A stretch of DNA of 46,138 bases. Origin: Candidatus Sysuiplasma jiujiangense (GTDB taxonomy: Archaea; Thermoplasmatota; Thermoplasmata; Sysuiplasmatales; Sysuiplasmataceae). Positions 9,522-18,081 of this stretch are shown here, one piece after another. A program made the translations under genes and the position numbers. The stretch's first letter is position 1, and the number at the start of each line of letters is the position of its first letter. The stretch lies in assembly GCA_019721075.1 (NCBI GenBank), contig JAHEAD010000015.1:1-46138 (forward strand), in the 5' to 3' direction. The notes under the pieces were generated by a model, which saw nothing but the letters and a program-made list of their open reading frames with translations, searched no databases and had not been told where the DNA came from.

Positions 9522-9851
9522 TTCTGTAAATTGTTGACCATGACACATTTCCGGAACTGTCTGAACATTTTCAGTTCCGCAGGCAAAATTCCCCAATCCC
9601 ATAATGCGCATTGCAATTCTGGCGTAGCTCAAAAGGATCCGTATTGTGCATCCGGCGCCTGGATAATGCGAGAGTCATTAGAGCCCGTTTCCCAATCCAG
9701 GGCACAGGTCTCAGCAAGCCATCTTTGAACGCTGTAAAACCTCTTCATGTTCAAGAGCAATGTCATATCCGTGCCGCATTCTGCCGTTTCGCCGGATCGT
9801 CCTGATCGGTGCGAACGGTTTCATCAGGTTTCATTACCTGTATGATTATCA

Positions 9852-10058
9852 TTAGACAATATGTGAAAAGCCGATTATCACCAGTATAACCATAAGGATG
9901 ATGTAGAGCCTCAGAAACCAGAACGCCAATCTTGTCCGTCTGCTGAAAACTATCCTTTCCACAGGAATTTTTGCATAGTCTTCAAGTCCCTCCTCCACCA
10001 TAAATCTCCGGAAATAATCTTCATCATCTATCCTCGATTCAGTGTCCTCAGGCGTCAT
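9852..10058 (-). CDS. Small single-pass membrane protein co-transcribed with the NRAMP-family transporter
   Basis: 68 aa with a C-terminal TM helix (FWFLRLYIILMVILVIIGF). GGAGGTGA RBS; lies 15 bp downstream of the transporter gene. Confidence 0.8.
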   Translation of the reverse strand: MTPEDTESRIDDEDYFRRFMVEEGLEDYAKIPVERIVFSRRTRLAFWFLRLYIILMVILVIIGFSHIV

Positions 10059-10073
10059 TCACATCACCTCCAT

Positions 10074-11474
10074 TCACAGCCACCCCACGATGTGGCTGAA
10101 CAGGGCAGGAAGCGCGATCGACAGACCGTAAAGCGCATTCATCAGTATCAGGAAACCTATTATTGAAAAACCGATTGCATTCTGCCATCGTTTGTTGGTG
10201 CGGTCTCCCATTATCCCCTTGTCATTGAGGAGCAGCAGAAGAAACAGCATGGCTGCCGGCATGAAGATTGTGGCTATGACCTGTACTGTCAGGTTGAGAT
10301 AACCGAGCGGAGCACCGGGAATAAGTGTTACAGATGCCGCGATCGCAAGAGAGGCAAAACTTGGCAGGTAGAACATGACGCCGTCGCGTGCCGGAAGGTT
10401 TATACTCTTCTTCCAGCCGAATGCTTCACTCATTGCCCATGATGTACTGGCTGAAATCGCAATTGCAGCAATAAAACCCGCTTCTATGAGTCCGGCTGCG
10501 AATAGCTCCATCGGGAACACTCCCACCCTTGCTTCAAAGCTCAGCAGTATGCTGTCTATGCCTGGCGTGCCCCTGACAGCCGAGCCGTAAACTGTCATTC
10601 CGGTGAGTATAATGATGGCAATGGCGACTGCGACCATAACTGCCGAGCCTATAAGCGTATCCCGCTGTCCGAATTTTATGTCCTTTTCCGTCAGTCCCTT
10701 GTCCACGACAGAGGACTGCTGAAAGAACAGCATCCAGGGGGCAATGGTTGTGCCCAGGTTGGCAAGAAGGACGTAGATGAAAAGGGAACTCACGCCGCCG
10801 TTTATTCTCCATGTCGCGAAGCTGGCGGCGACCTGACTCCACGCGGGATGAGGCAGAAACAGCAGCAGCGGAATGAAAACAAGGTTGAAAACGGCTATAA
10901 AAAGCGAAACCCGTTCCCAGGTATAGTAACGCAGGAAGAGCTGTATTGCAATCACGATGCAGACGAAGACTGCGGCCGAGAATATACGTGGCACACCGAA
11001 TATAGACAGTCCGACAGTTATGCCTATAAATTCTGTGATAAGCGTCAGGAAGTTGGCAATAACCAGATCCCCCAGAGAGAAGGAACCCCAGAATTTGCCA
11101 TAATGTTTCCATATGAGTTCGGCGTGTCCCCTGTGGGTTACCGCCCCGAGCCTCACAGTCATTTCCTGCACAAAATATGCTACCGGAAGCATGAGTATCA
11201 TGAACGGTATGAAAAAACCTATGCCGAAGATAGCGCCGGTCTGCGCATACGTGATCACGCCGCCTGCATCGTTGTCTGCGATCATCACCAGTATGCCCGG
11301 GCCGATTAAAATGAAAAAGAGTTCCAGTCTTGAAAGACGCGTGTGCCTTTCACGGTGAAAAGCCACATGCAGCCTGTCTTCCGCCCTGTACCTGATATCG
11401 ACAGGGAGCGAATTTAACTGCTTCATCATCTCGGTTTCCGTATGCTCGGAAACATGCTTTTTCCAGGATGACAA
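10074..11474 (-). CDS. NRAMP-family divalent metal transporter, NRMT/Mg2+-type (DNDAGG motif)
   Basis: GPGILVMIADNDAGG, QEMTVRLG and ANLGTTIAPWMLFFQQSSVVDKG; about 11 TM helices. GGAGGT RBS before the TTG start. Confidence 0.92.
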   Translation of the reverse strand: MSSWKKHVSEHTETEMMKQLNSLPVDIRYRAEDRLHVAFHRERHTRLSRLELFFILIGPGILVMIADNDAGGVITYAQTGAIFGIGFFIPFMILMLPVAYFVQEMTVRLGAVTHRGHAELIWKHYGKFWGSFSLGDLVIANFLTLITEFIGITVGLSIFGVPRIFSAAVFVCIVIAIQLFLRYYTWERVSLFIAVFNLVFIPLLLFLPHPAWSQVAASFATWRINGGVSSLFIYVLLANLGTTIAPWMLFFQQSSVVDKGLTEKDIKFGQRDTLIGSAVMVAVAIAIIILTGMTVYGSAVRGTPGIDSILLSFEARVGVFPMELFAAGLIEAGFIAAIAISASTSWAMSEAFGWKKSINLPARDGVMFYLPSFASLAIAASVTLIPGAPLGYLNLTVQVIATIFMPAAMLFLLLLLNDKGIMGDRTNKRWQNAIGFSIIGFLILMNALYGLSIALPALFSHIVGWL

Positions 11475-11543
11475 TCAGGGAACCTCCATTTTGACTGCTG
11501 TTGTTAAATTAAAATTGCCTCAGATTTGTCAGGGGAGAACGGG

Positions 11544-11580
11544 TGAAAAAAAGAAGGCTTACTGCCCGCATGCACGGGTG
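11544..11580 (-). terminator. Candidate attenuator terminator: GC hairpin followed by a U-rich tract
   Basis: Minus strand CCCGT-GCAT-GCGGG (11578-11565), followed by AAGCCTTCTTTTTTT with a U7 tract at 11552-11546. Confidence 0.5.
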
Positions 11581-11588
11581 CAAAACTG

Positions 11589-11666
11589 TTAATGGCACAA
11601 GACAGGCGGAGCGAAACTGGTTCCATAAGAACTGAAGATGGCACTATTGGGGGGTTCATCGTTCAT
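11589..11666 (-). CDS. Putative 25-aa proline-rich leader peptide (MNDEPPNSAIFSSYGTSFAPPVLCH)
   Basis: Read directly from the sequence. AGGTGACGGAGG precedes the ATG at 11666 and TAA lies at 11591-11589. It sits in the leader of the Mg2+-type NRAMP gene and has two XPP motifs. Confidence 0.55.
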   Translation of the reverse strand: MNDEPPNSAIFSSYGTSFAPPVLCH

Positions 11667-12137
11667 CCTCCGTCACCTGCTGTTGCCCTTCACCCTTCCA
11701 TCATATATGTAGCTTCGTACGAATGCATTCTATGATTATTTTCCGCCTGCGGATTACAACTGCCAAAACTGAACGGATGCTTATCAAAACTTGAAAAATG
11801 CATGCATTCCGGAAAGATTCCGCTACCCGGAGCCAAACACTGCATGTTTGTGAGCTGCTGACAGCCGATCAAAAAGAATGAAGCGCTCTTCAGTCGTGCA
11901 GTATAAGTGTCTGTCACGATGCCCGTCCTGGCGCTGCCTTTCCTTTCACTGCTTGCCTGGGATGCAGCATCACTCCGCACCTGTCAGCAGTTTCCTGCGG
12001 GAGAGCAGTGGCACAGATCTGTGAAAACTTCACTTCCGGAATAGCCCGTCGGTCGTTATCAAACCAATGAACTTGCATACTGAAGCTTTTTATTTCATTA
12101 CCCGATGGAAAATGCGAAATTGTGATTGTGATCTTGT

Positions 12138-14173
12138 ATGCGTTCCGGGAACGGTGGAATAAAAATACTCTACGTTGACGACGAGTGTTTTCTACACGAT
12201 CCGTTCAAGCTCTACATGGAGAAGGACGGCGAATTCCTCGTCGATGCCGTGGACTCGGCAAATAAGGCGCTGGAAAGGCTGTCCTCCGGCCACTACGATG
12301 CTGTTGTGTCTGACTACCAGATGCCCGGAATGGACGGGATAGGATTTTTGAAGCATCTCCGTTCGAAAGACAGGAAGATTCCGTTCATTCTGTTTACCGG
12401 GAGGGGGAGGGAGGAAGTGGCAATCGAAGCAATAAACAGCGGTGCAGACTTCTACTTACAGAAGGGAGGAGACATTTCTTCCCAGTTCGCTGAACTCACC
12501 CATTTCATCAAAGGTGTGGTTGAAAGCCGTGAAGCGGAGGAAGAGCTCGTAGCGATGGAAAGGAAACTCACATCCTTCTTCGCGCACACAGCTGATGCCA
12601 TCGTCCTCTTTGACGGCGGCGGAAATGTGCTCAACATCAACGCTGCCGCGGAACAGCTCTTCGGAGCGACCGAAAGCGAACTTGCGGGCAGGAGACTCAC
12701 GCTGCGCGGTGAAGGTGCAACAGCAAGATTCGATGAGATATTCAGAAAGACTGTTGAGAAGGGGACTCCGATGAGCCATGACGAAGTGCTGGAGAGGAGT
12801 GACGGCGGCCGTTTGTACCTGAGCGTCAGTATGACGCCGATAAGGGATGCATCCGGTGGTGTTGCGTTCGTCGCCTGCACGATCAGGGATGTGACAGACA
12901 AGACACGTTCCCAGGCGCTTGTGAGGGCCATACGCGATACGTCCATTGCGGTGCTCAGGGAAAGACCGCTTGACGGCATTCTTTCATATCTGTGCGGCAC
13001 CGTAGCGGAGATATTCCAGTTCAGGGGAGTCGGCGTATTTCTCAAGGAGAATGACGGTTCTCTCAGACTTCTGTCGAGGGCGGAAAATATGCCGGAGTTC
13101 GGGATGGAAAAGGCGGTACGATGGGATGACAGCCCCGGCGGAAGAACACTGACAGGCAGTGCGGTGCGAACCGGCAGGATCCGGGTGGGCCGTATTGACG
13201 ATCCTGATTGCATTGAGTGGAAGGATATTGTGGGGAAGGACGGTTACGATTCGGTCATTTCCATACCGATTGTATCAGGGGACCAGACAATGGGCGCAAT
13301 GACCGTGGTAGGCAGCGACCTACGGAAAATTTCAGCTGAAGCGATAGGACAACTGGAAAACGCAGCGGAAGCCATAAGCATTGCAATACAGTCATCGCGG
13401 CAAAGGGAAAAACAGAAGCTTCTGGAGGCAGCCCTCGAGAGCGCGAGCGACACTGTAGTTCTCACCGACAAGGAAGGCATAATCGAATGGGCAAACCACG
13501 CATTCACGCTAACCACCGGTTATACCCTCGATGAGGTGAAGGGCAGGACGCCACGGGTGTTGAAATCAGGGAAGCACGACGCCGCTTTCTACAAAAACCT
13601 CTGGAATACTATACTTTCCGGAAAGGTGTTCCATGCAAGACTCACGAACAGACGCAAGAATGGCGAACTGTACATAGAGGATACTGTTATCACCCCGGTG
13701 GCGAATGAAAAAGGCACCATCTCGAACTTCATTGCTATAAAGAGGGACGTAACAGAGCAGATGACCTTGATGAAGAACTGCGGAAGAGCGAGGAGAGATA
13801 CAGGACGATGCTCGAGGGCATCGGCGAAACATACTTCGAGATCGATCTGAACGGCAACCTCACATTATTCAGCGACACGCTTTGCGGGATAACCGGGTAT
13901 TCGCGGGAGGAGCTTGCCGGCATGAATTACAGAAACTACGTCAGCAGGAAGACCGCAGAGAGATTATACGAAGTCTTTGACAATGTGTTTCTTACAGGCA
14001 GGCTCGAGGCGGGAGTCGACTGCGAAATAGCAGGGAAGCAAGGCAAGGGCACATTGATGGAGGCATCAGTACAGCTCATGAAGGACAAGGACGGCAAACC
14101 GGAAGGATTCAGTGGCCTGGTCAGAGAGATGACTGCAGGCTGTCACGATCATTCAAAGGGACACAAACAGTAA
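12138..14173 (+). pseudogene. REC-PAS-GAF-PAS-PAS sensory protein with a 1-bp frameshift near 13765 (real or assembly error)
   Basis: REC motifs (ILYVDDE, VVSDYQMPGMDG, FTGRG, YLQKG) plus PAS and GAF motifs. Adding one C at ATGACCTTGAT restores ...MTLDEELRKSEERYRTMLEGIGETYFEIDLNG, joining ORF 12138-13850 to ORF 13808-14173. Confidence 0.85.
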
Positions 14174-14259
14174 GCGGTTGGACAGAAATGAAATACAGAC
14201 TTCATAGCAACTGCATCCAGCTCCATTTGAGGGCATGTCCAATCAGCGCAGAAGCTTTG

Positions 14260-14755
14260 TGAAAAAACCCGCCGGCTGCCGAATTTTCTTCACTTGAAGG
14301 CTTCCGCTCAGCGTCTTTGAACTGCTTCATCGCCTCATCAGCCTACCGCTCCTGCCTGAGTCACAGGCAGACACACTGGGTTGGACCGCGACCAGATGTT
14401 CCTCGCAGCATTCAGGTCACGGTCATGTGCGGCACCACAGGGGCATTGCCACACCTTCTCCGCTTCGAGTTTGCGGTTCACTTTCCCGCACACGGAGCAT
14501 TTCTTTGGCGTACTCCACAGCGACACCGGCCCACGCCGCCTTGTACTCTGTCGCTTGCTGCAGCATCGAGAAAGGCCATCTGTTTATGCGTCGCCTGATT
14601 GATCGGCCGTTGCCATTGCCCTTCCTCTTTGACCTGCGTATGTGCTTCAGCTTCTCCATCACAATGACAAAGGATGTGTCCGGCGCCTCGGACTTCAGTC
14701 CTTCCGCTCTCTTCCCCGGCCCGGTGAGCGTCCATTTCGCGCTGCCGGCTTCCAC
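14260..14755 (-). mobile_element. tnpB: IS200/IS605 tnpB 3' remnant (RuvC II, Zn ribbon, RuvC III) with downstream right-end/omegaRNA-like sequence
   Basis: IVMEKLKHIR...RWPFSMLQQATEYKAAWAG, then a frameshift, then CSVCG...CPCG..HDRDLNAARNI. The element end is approximate. Confidence 0.8.
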
Positions 14756-14819
14756 GCAAGAAAACAGTGTGGTGAATGCTCCCGAACGATCTTCCTGAAT
14801 ATCACCCTCCCATCAGATA

Positions 14820-15043
14820 TTCGACCGGGCGTATCTACTGCTCAAGGGCCTCAGGAAGCTGAGAGGAGAAACAGGACTCACTGTGCGGACTTTCAACTTG
14901 CGAAGAGTGCTGAACATGATGGGAACGAGGAAGCAGGTGATGCAATCACCAGCTGCTGGAGCAGCACAGAAAACATCCCGGCAGAATGCAGAAGAGAGAT
15001 AATGCCGGCATTCAATTAGGGCATTTACTTTCTGCACAGTCTC
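14820..15043 (+). mobile_element. IS1182-family transposase C-terminal relic with candidate right inverted repeat
   Basis: FDRAYLLLKGLRKLRGETGLTVRTFNLRRVLNMMG matches the IS1182 C-terminal pattern. Terminal-like ACTTTCTGCACAGTCTC at 15027-15043. Confidence 0.65.
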
Positions 15044-15116
15044 GCAGGGATTCTCTATTTATTGCCTTATTTGTTGCACTGTTTCAGATGTAATCTCTTC
15101 GATTTGACCGGATGCG

Positions 15117-15521
15117 TTACTCGTTTTCCCGCTCCTCCATATCTTGGGACCTTGTAAGTTCGAAACCACTGACTCCCAGAGCAGACAGCGCCGGAGGAGA
15201 AACGATTATCATACTTCTTATTTTGTCCAGAAGTTCATTTTTCTCCAGTTTCGCAAGTTTCTTCATCATACGATCCAGATCGAGGAACGACTTCCTGTTA
15301 ACAGTGTAAGTCTCCAGGAGGGCGTCTACGTGCTTGCATGGGTACTCTTCAGAAGGGCAGGAACAGGAAAAGTCCAGGCGGTCATTAAGATCGACACTTG
15401 TAATGTAGCTGCCGTATCTTCCCTCAATCAGGCAGGAAAGACGGTTTCCAGTCCTCAGCCGCGCGCGGAGAAAGCCCGAATCGACGTACTCTGCCACTCT
15501 CTCTTCCCTTGAGCGCCCCAT
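15117..15521 (-). CDS. SWIM zinc-finger protein
   Basis: IEGRYGSY...FSCSCPSEEYPCKHVDALL (CxC...CxH). Confidence 0.85.
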   Translation of the reverse strand: MGRSREERVAEYVDSGFLRARLRTGNRLSCLIEGRYGSYITSVDLNDRLDFSCSCPSEEYPCKHVDALLETYTVNRKSFLDLDRMMKKLAKLEKNELLDKIRSMIIVSPPALSALGVSGFELTRSQDMEERENE

Positions 15522-15770
15522 ATGCAGTTCCCTGCACAGTTATGTGGGTCATTCCTCTTAAATCTTCAAGTCGGTTAGACCAGAGCAGTCTGCACTCCGA
15601 TGAGTGCTGTTCGCCTTTGTCGAGCATAATCACCTGAATGGTGAAGTTGTTGATTTGATCGCAACAGCCTGAGAGATCTGGTACAGTCCTTCATGCCGGA
15701 ATACCCTGTTTGCATGAGGAGAACTCGAACGGGTCCTCCGCTGTGGCCAGACCGGGTTACTGCGTGCGTG

Positions 15771-15818
15771 TTTATAATTGTGTAACAGAATCTCCATTTT
15801 TGTGGATATATTGTTACA
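15771..15818 (+). promoter_or_regulatory. TATA box (TTTATAA) followed by an imperfect inverted repeat; candidate AbiEi operator
   Basis: 15781-15818 TGTAACAGAATCTCCA-N6-TGGATATATTGTTACA, with 13 of 16 arm positions complementary, directly upstream of the antitoxin gene. Confidence 0.55.
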
Positions 15819-15832
15819 AATACTTTATATCG

Positions 15833-16486
15833 ATGAATAACGGTAATACGTATGTGACCCACAACAAGGTGCGCGATGTACTGGATGAGCTGGCAGAACA
15901 CAACAAATCTGTGTTCACCCTGAATGATGCTGCAAGAATAATGAACAAACCAAAGAAGTACGTTTCCAAGTTGCTAGCCATGAGCAGGAAAGTAACGAGA
16001 ATCGAAAGAGGAAAATACTTCATCACGACGGGAAAAAACATTGATTTCTACGAGATTGCCTCTCAGATTGTGTTTCCTTCATACATCAGCCTTTTTGCAG
16101 CATTTGAGTATTACGACGTTACTGACCAGGTCATAACAACTGTCAGCGTTGTCTCTCTCAAACGCCACAGACCAGTAGCTCTATACGGACACATGATCGA
16201 ATTCAGGAGTATCCAGAAGAAGAGGTTTTTTGGTTATAAGAAGACAGAGAACACATATATTGCAACGATTGAAAAGGCAATCATCGATGCGCTGTACTTC
16301 AATGCTCCACCGATGTCCTATGTACAGGAGACATTCTCGGAGGCGGTCAAAAGGGACATTATAGACGTCGATAAACTATTGGAATTCTCGAGGAGAATGA
16401 ATTCCAGCAGCCTGGTGAGAAAAGTGGAATTGCTCCTCGGTCCGAGGAACAGGAGCCTGGCGGAAGAAGGGAGTCGACGTCGATGA
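15833..16486 (+). CDS. abiEi: Type IV toxin-antitoxin antitoxin, AbiEi-like transcriptional regulator
   Basis: wHTH (VFTLNDAARI...RIERGKY), PSYISLFAAFEYY and ATIEKAIIDALY. Overlaps the toxin start (ATGA). The start is probably later than the ORF-track 15710. Confidence 0.88.
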   Translation: MNNGNTYVTHNKVRDVLDELAEHNKSVFTLNDAARIMNKPKKYVSKLLAMSRKVTRIERGKYFITTGKNIDFYEIASQIVFPSYISLFAAFEYYDVTDQVITTVSVVSLKRHRPVALYGHMIEFRSIQKKRFFGYKKTENTYIATIEKAIIDALYFNAPPMSYVQETFSEAVKRDIIDVDKLLEFSRRMNSSSLVRKVELLLGPRNRSLAEEGSRRR

Positions 16487-17277
16487 TAGACGAAGGGACA
16501 CTTCTGGGGTTGTCCGGCAGATTCAGTGACCAAAGGCAACTGGAGAAGGATTATCTTCTGACCCTTCTTCTGCGTGAGATTTACTCTATATTCAGCAATG
16601 ATCTGATATTCAAAGGCGGGACATCTTTGAAGTACTTTTACAATTTAAACAGATTCTCAGAGGATCTTGACTTCTCTTACACGGGACAATACGGAGCTGA
16701 TGGCAGAAGATTGCTGTACCACAAGTTAAACTCTGCACTTGACAGTCTGAGCCTTCAATATGAGGTCATTGAGAGGGAACACAGAGGCAACAAGTTTGAA
16801 GGGCGAGTAATAGGCGTCAACTTTGAGGCCAGAGTTCGGGGACCGCTGAACAGGAAGCTGGGTCGGCTTCAGAACATCAAGTTGGACATAAGCACCAGGC
16901 AGGACGTCATGTCGAATCCAGACACCAAGTATCTGCTCCCTATTTACCCGGACATAGCCACATTCACAGTTCCGGTCATGAACATTGAAGAGATAGTCGC
17001 AGAGAAAATCGCATCAATATTCGAGAGAGACAAACTGCGTGACATATACGATCTGTATTTTCTTCTTTTTGTGAGTGGCCGCGGATATAACGAGTCCATG
17101 GTATCGGAAAAGATGAGCAGAAGAAAGGAGATTTTCGACAAAGAGAAATTACTCAGCAAGATCAATGGAGCTCTGGATAGAATGAAATGGAGATCTGAAC
17201 TCTTCTATCTTGTCAATCCGCTCCCTGAAAGCAAAGTGGTTGTCGAAAGTCTCGAAAGAGCACTAAGGAATTGTTAA
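16483..17277 (+). CDS. abiEii: Type IV toxin-antitoxin toxin, AbiEii/AbiGii nucleotidyltransferase
   Basis: LEKDY, LIFKGGTSLKYFYNLNRFSEDLDFS, AEKIAS and RDIYDLY motifs. Confidence 0.93.
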   Translation: MIDEGTLLGLSGRFSDQRQLEKDYLLTLLLREIYSIFSNDLIFKGGTSLKYFYNLNRFSEDLDFSYTGQYGADGRRLLYHKLNSALDSLSLQYEVIEREHRGNKFEGRVIGVNFEARVRGPLNRKLGRLQNIKLDISTRQDVMSNPDTKYLLPIYPDIATFTVPVMNIEEIVAEKIASIFERDKLRDIYDLYFLLFVSGRGYNESMVSEKMSRRKEIFDKEKLLSKINGALDRMKWRSELFYLVNPLPESKVVVESLERALRNC

Positions 17278-17319
17278 TGTTATTCATTAACAATTCCTTA
17301 ACAGACGTCGGACTGTTAA
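17264..17319. repeat. Perfect 16-bp inverted repeat (5-nt spacer) abutting a second 7-bp inverted repeat
   Basis: TAAGGAATTGTTAATG-TTATT-CATTAACAATTCCTTA (17264-17300) and TTAACAG-N8-CTGTTAA (17298-17319). Confidence 0.85.
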
Positions 17320-17395
17320 AACCTGAAAATAAAAATGTAAAGAGTTCGAAGCTTTAATTTTTGTTTATGTTTACTGTAGTGTCGTCGAACAGTGT

Positions 17396-17730
17396 GAGGT
17401 CGATCTGAAAGGCAACCTCACATTGTTCGACGATGCACTTTGCGGGATAACCGGTTATTCGCGGGAAGAGCTTGCCGGAATGAATTACAGAAACTACGTC
17501 AGCATGGAAACGGCAGAGAGACTGTATCAGGTCTTTCATGGTGTGTTTCTCACAGGTAAGCCTGAAACGGGGGTCAGTTGCGAAATACTGGGGAAGAATG
17601 GCAAGGCCAGATGGGTGGAGGTTTCGATACAGCTCATGAAGGACAAGAACGGCAAACCGGAAGGATTCAGGGGCCTTGTAAGAGAAATGACAACAAGCTG
17701 CCATGAGCTTCAAATGCACACAAACAGCGT
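17396..17730 (+). pseudogene. 5'-truncated paralogous copy of the last PAS domain of the 12138-14173 sensor
   Basis: Aligns codon-for-codon with 13838-14170 (for example LCGITGYSREELAGMNYRNYVS is identical), roughly 80% nt identity by eye. It has no N-terminal domains. Confidence 0.85.
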
Positions 17731-18081
17731 TGAAGGAAGCTGGCATATGATGATATTCATAAAGGGAACAGGGCGCATTTCAGTCTCTCAGGCGGTCAGT
17801 AGTCCCGGTCAAAGAGTATTCCATCCCCTGAGGTAACCACCTGACTGCAACAATAACGGTTAAGCTGAAAGGGCTAAAGGCTAAAAAGTTCATTGAGAAG
17901 AAAGCCGGAGACCCGGTGCATTGCTGCACTAAGCTGTCAGATACCAGAAGACACCATCAACCGATCACCATTCAGTCGAAACTGAAAGCACAGGGACCAG
18001 CAAGCAGCTCCTTCACTCAGGCGGCTGCTGTTTCTTGGGCAGGGCAATGGGGTTCCCGCCAGATTATTTTAAAGCACCGGT

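Noticed and set aside
11480..11720. M-box (ykoK) or yybP riboswitch upstream of the NRAMP gene
   Set aside because: The conserved core sequences were not recognisable by eye and a uORF/terminator arrangement fits better. An Rfam scan would settle it.
11855..11990. 10-bp inverted repeat CTGCTGACAG/CTGTCAGCAG as a MITE
   Set aside because: It is short and single-copy with no target-site duplication, so it could be chance.
13838..17730. PAS duplication as a diversity-generating retroelement TR/VR pair
   Set aside because: Mismatches are not confined to adenines and are largely synonymous, and there is no reverse transcriptase in the window.
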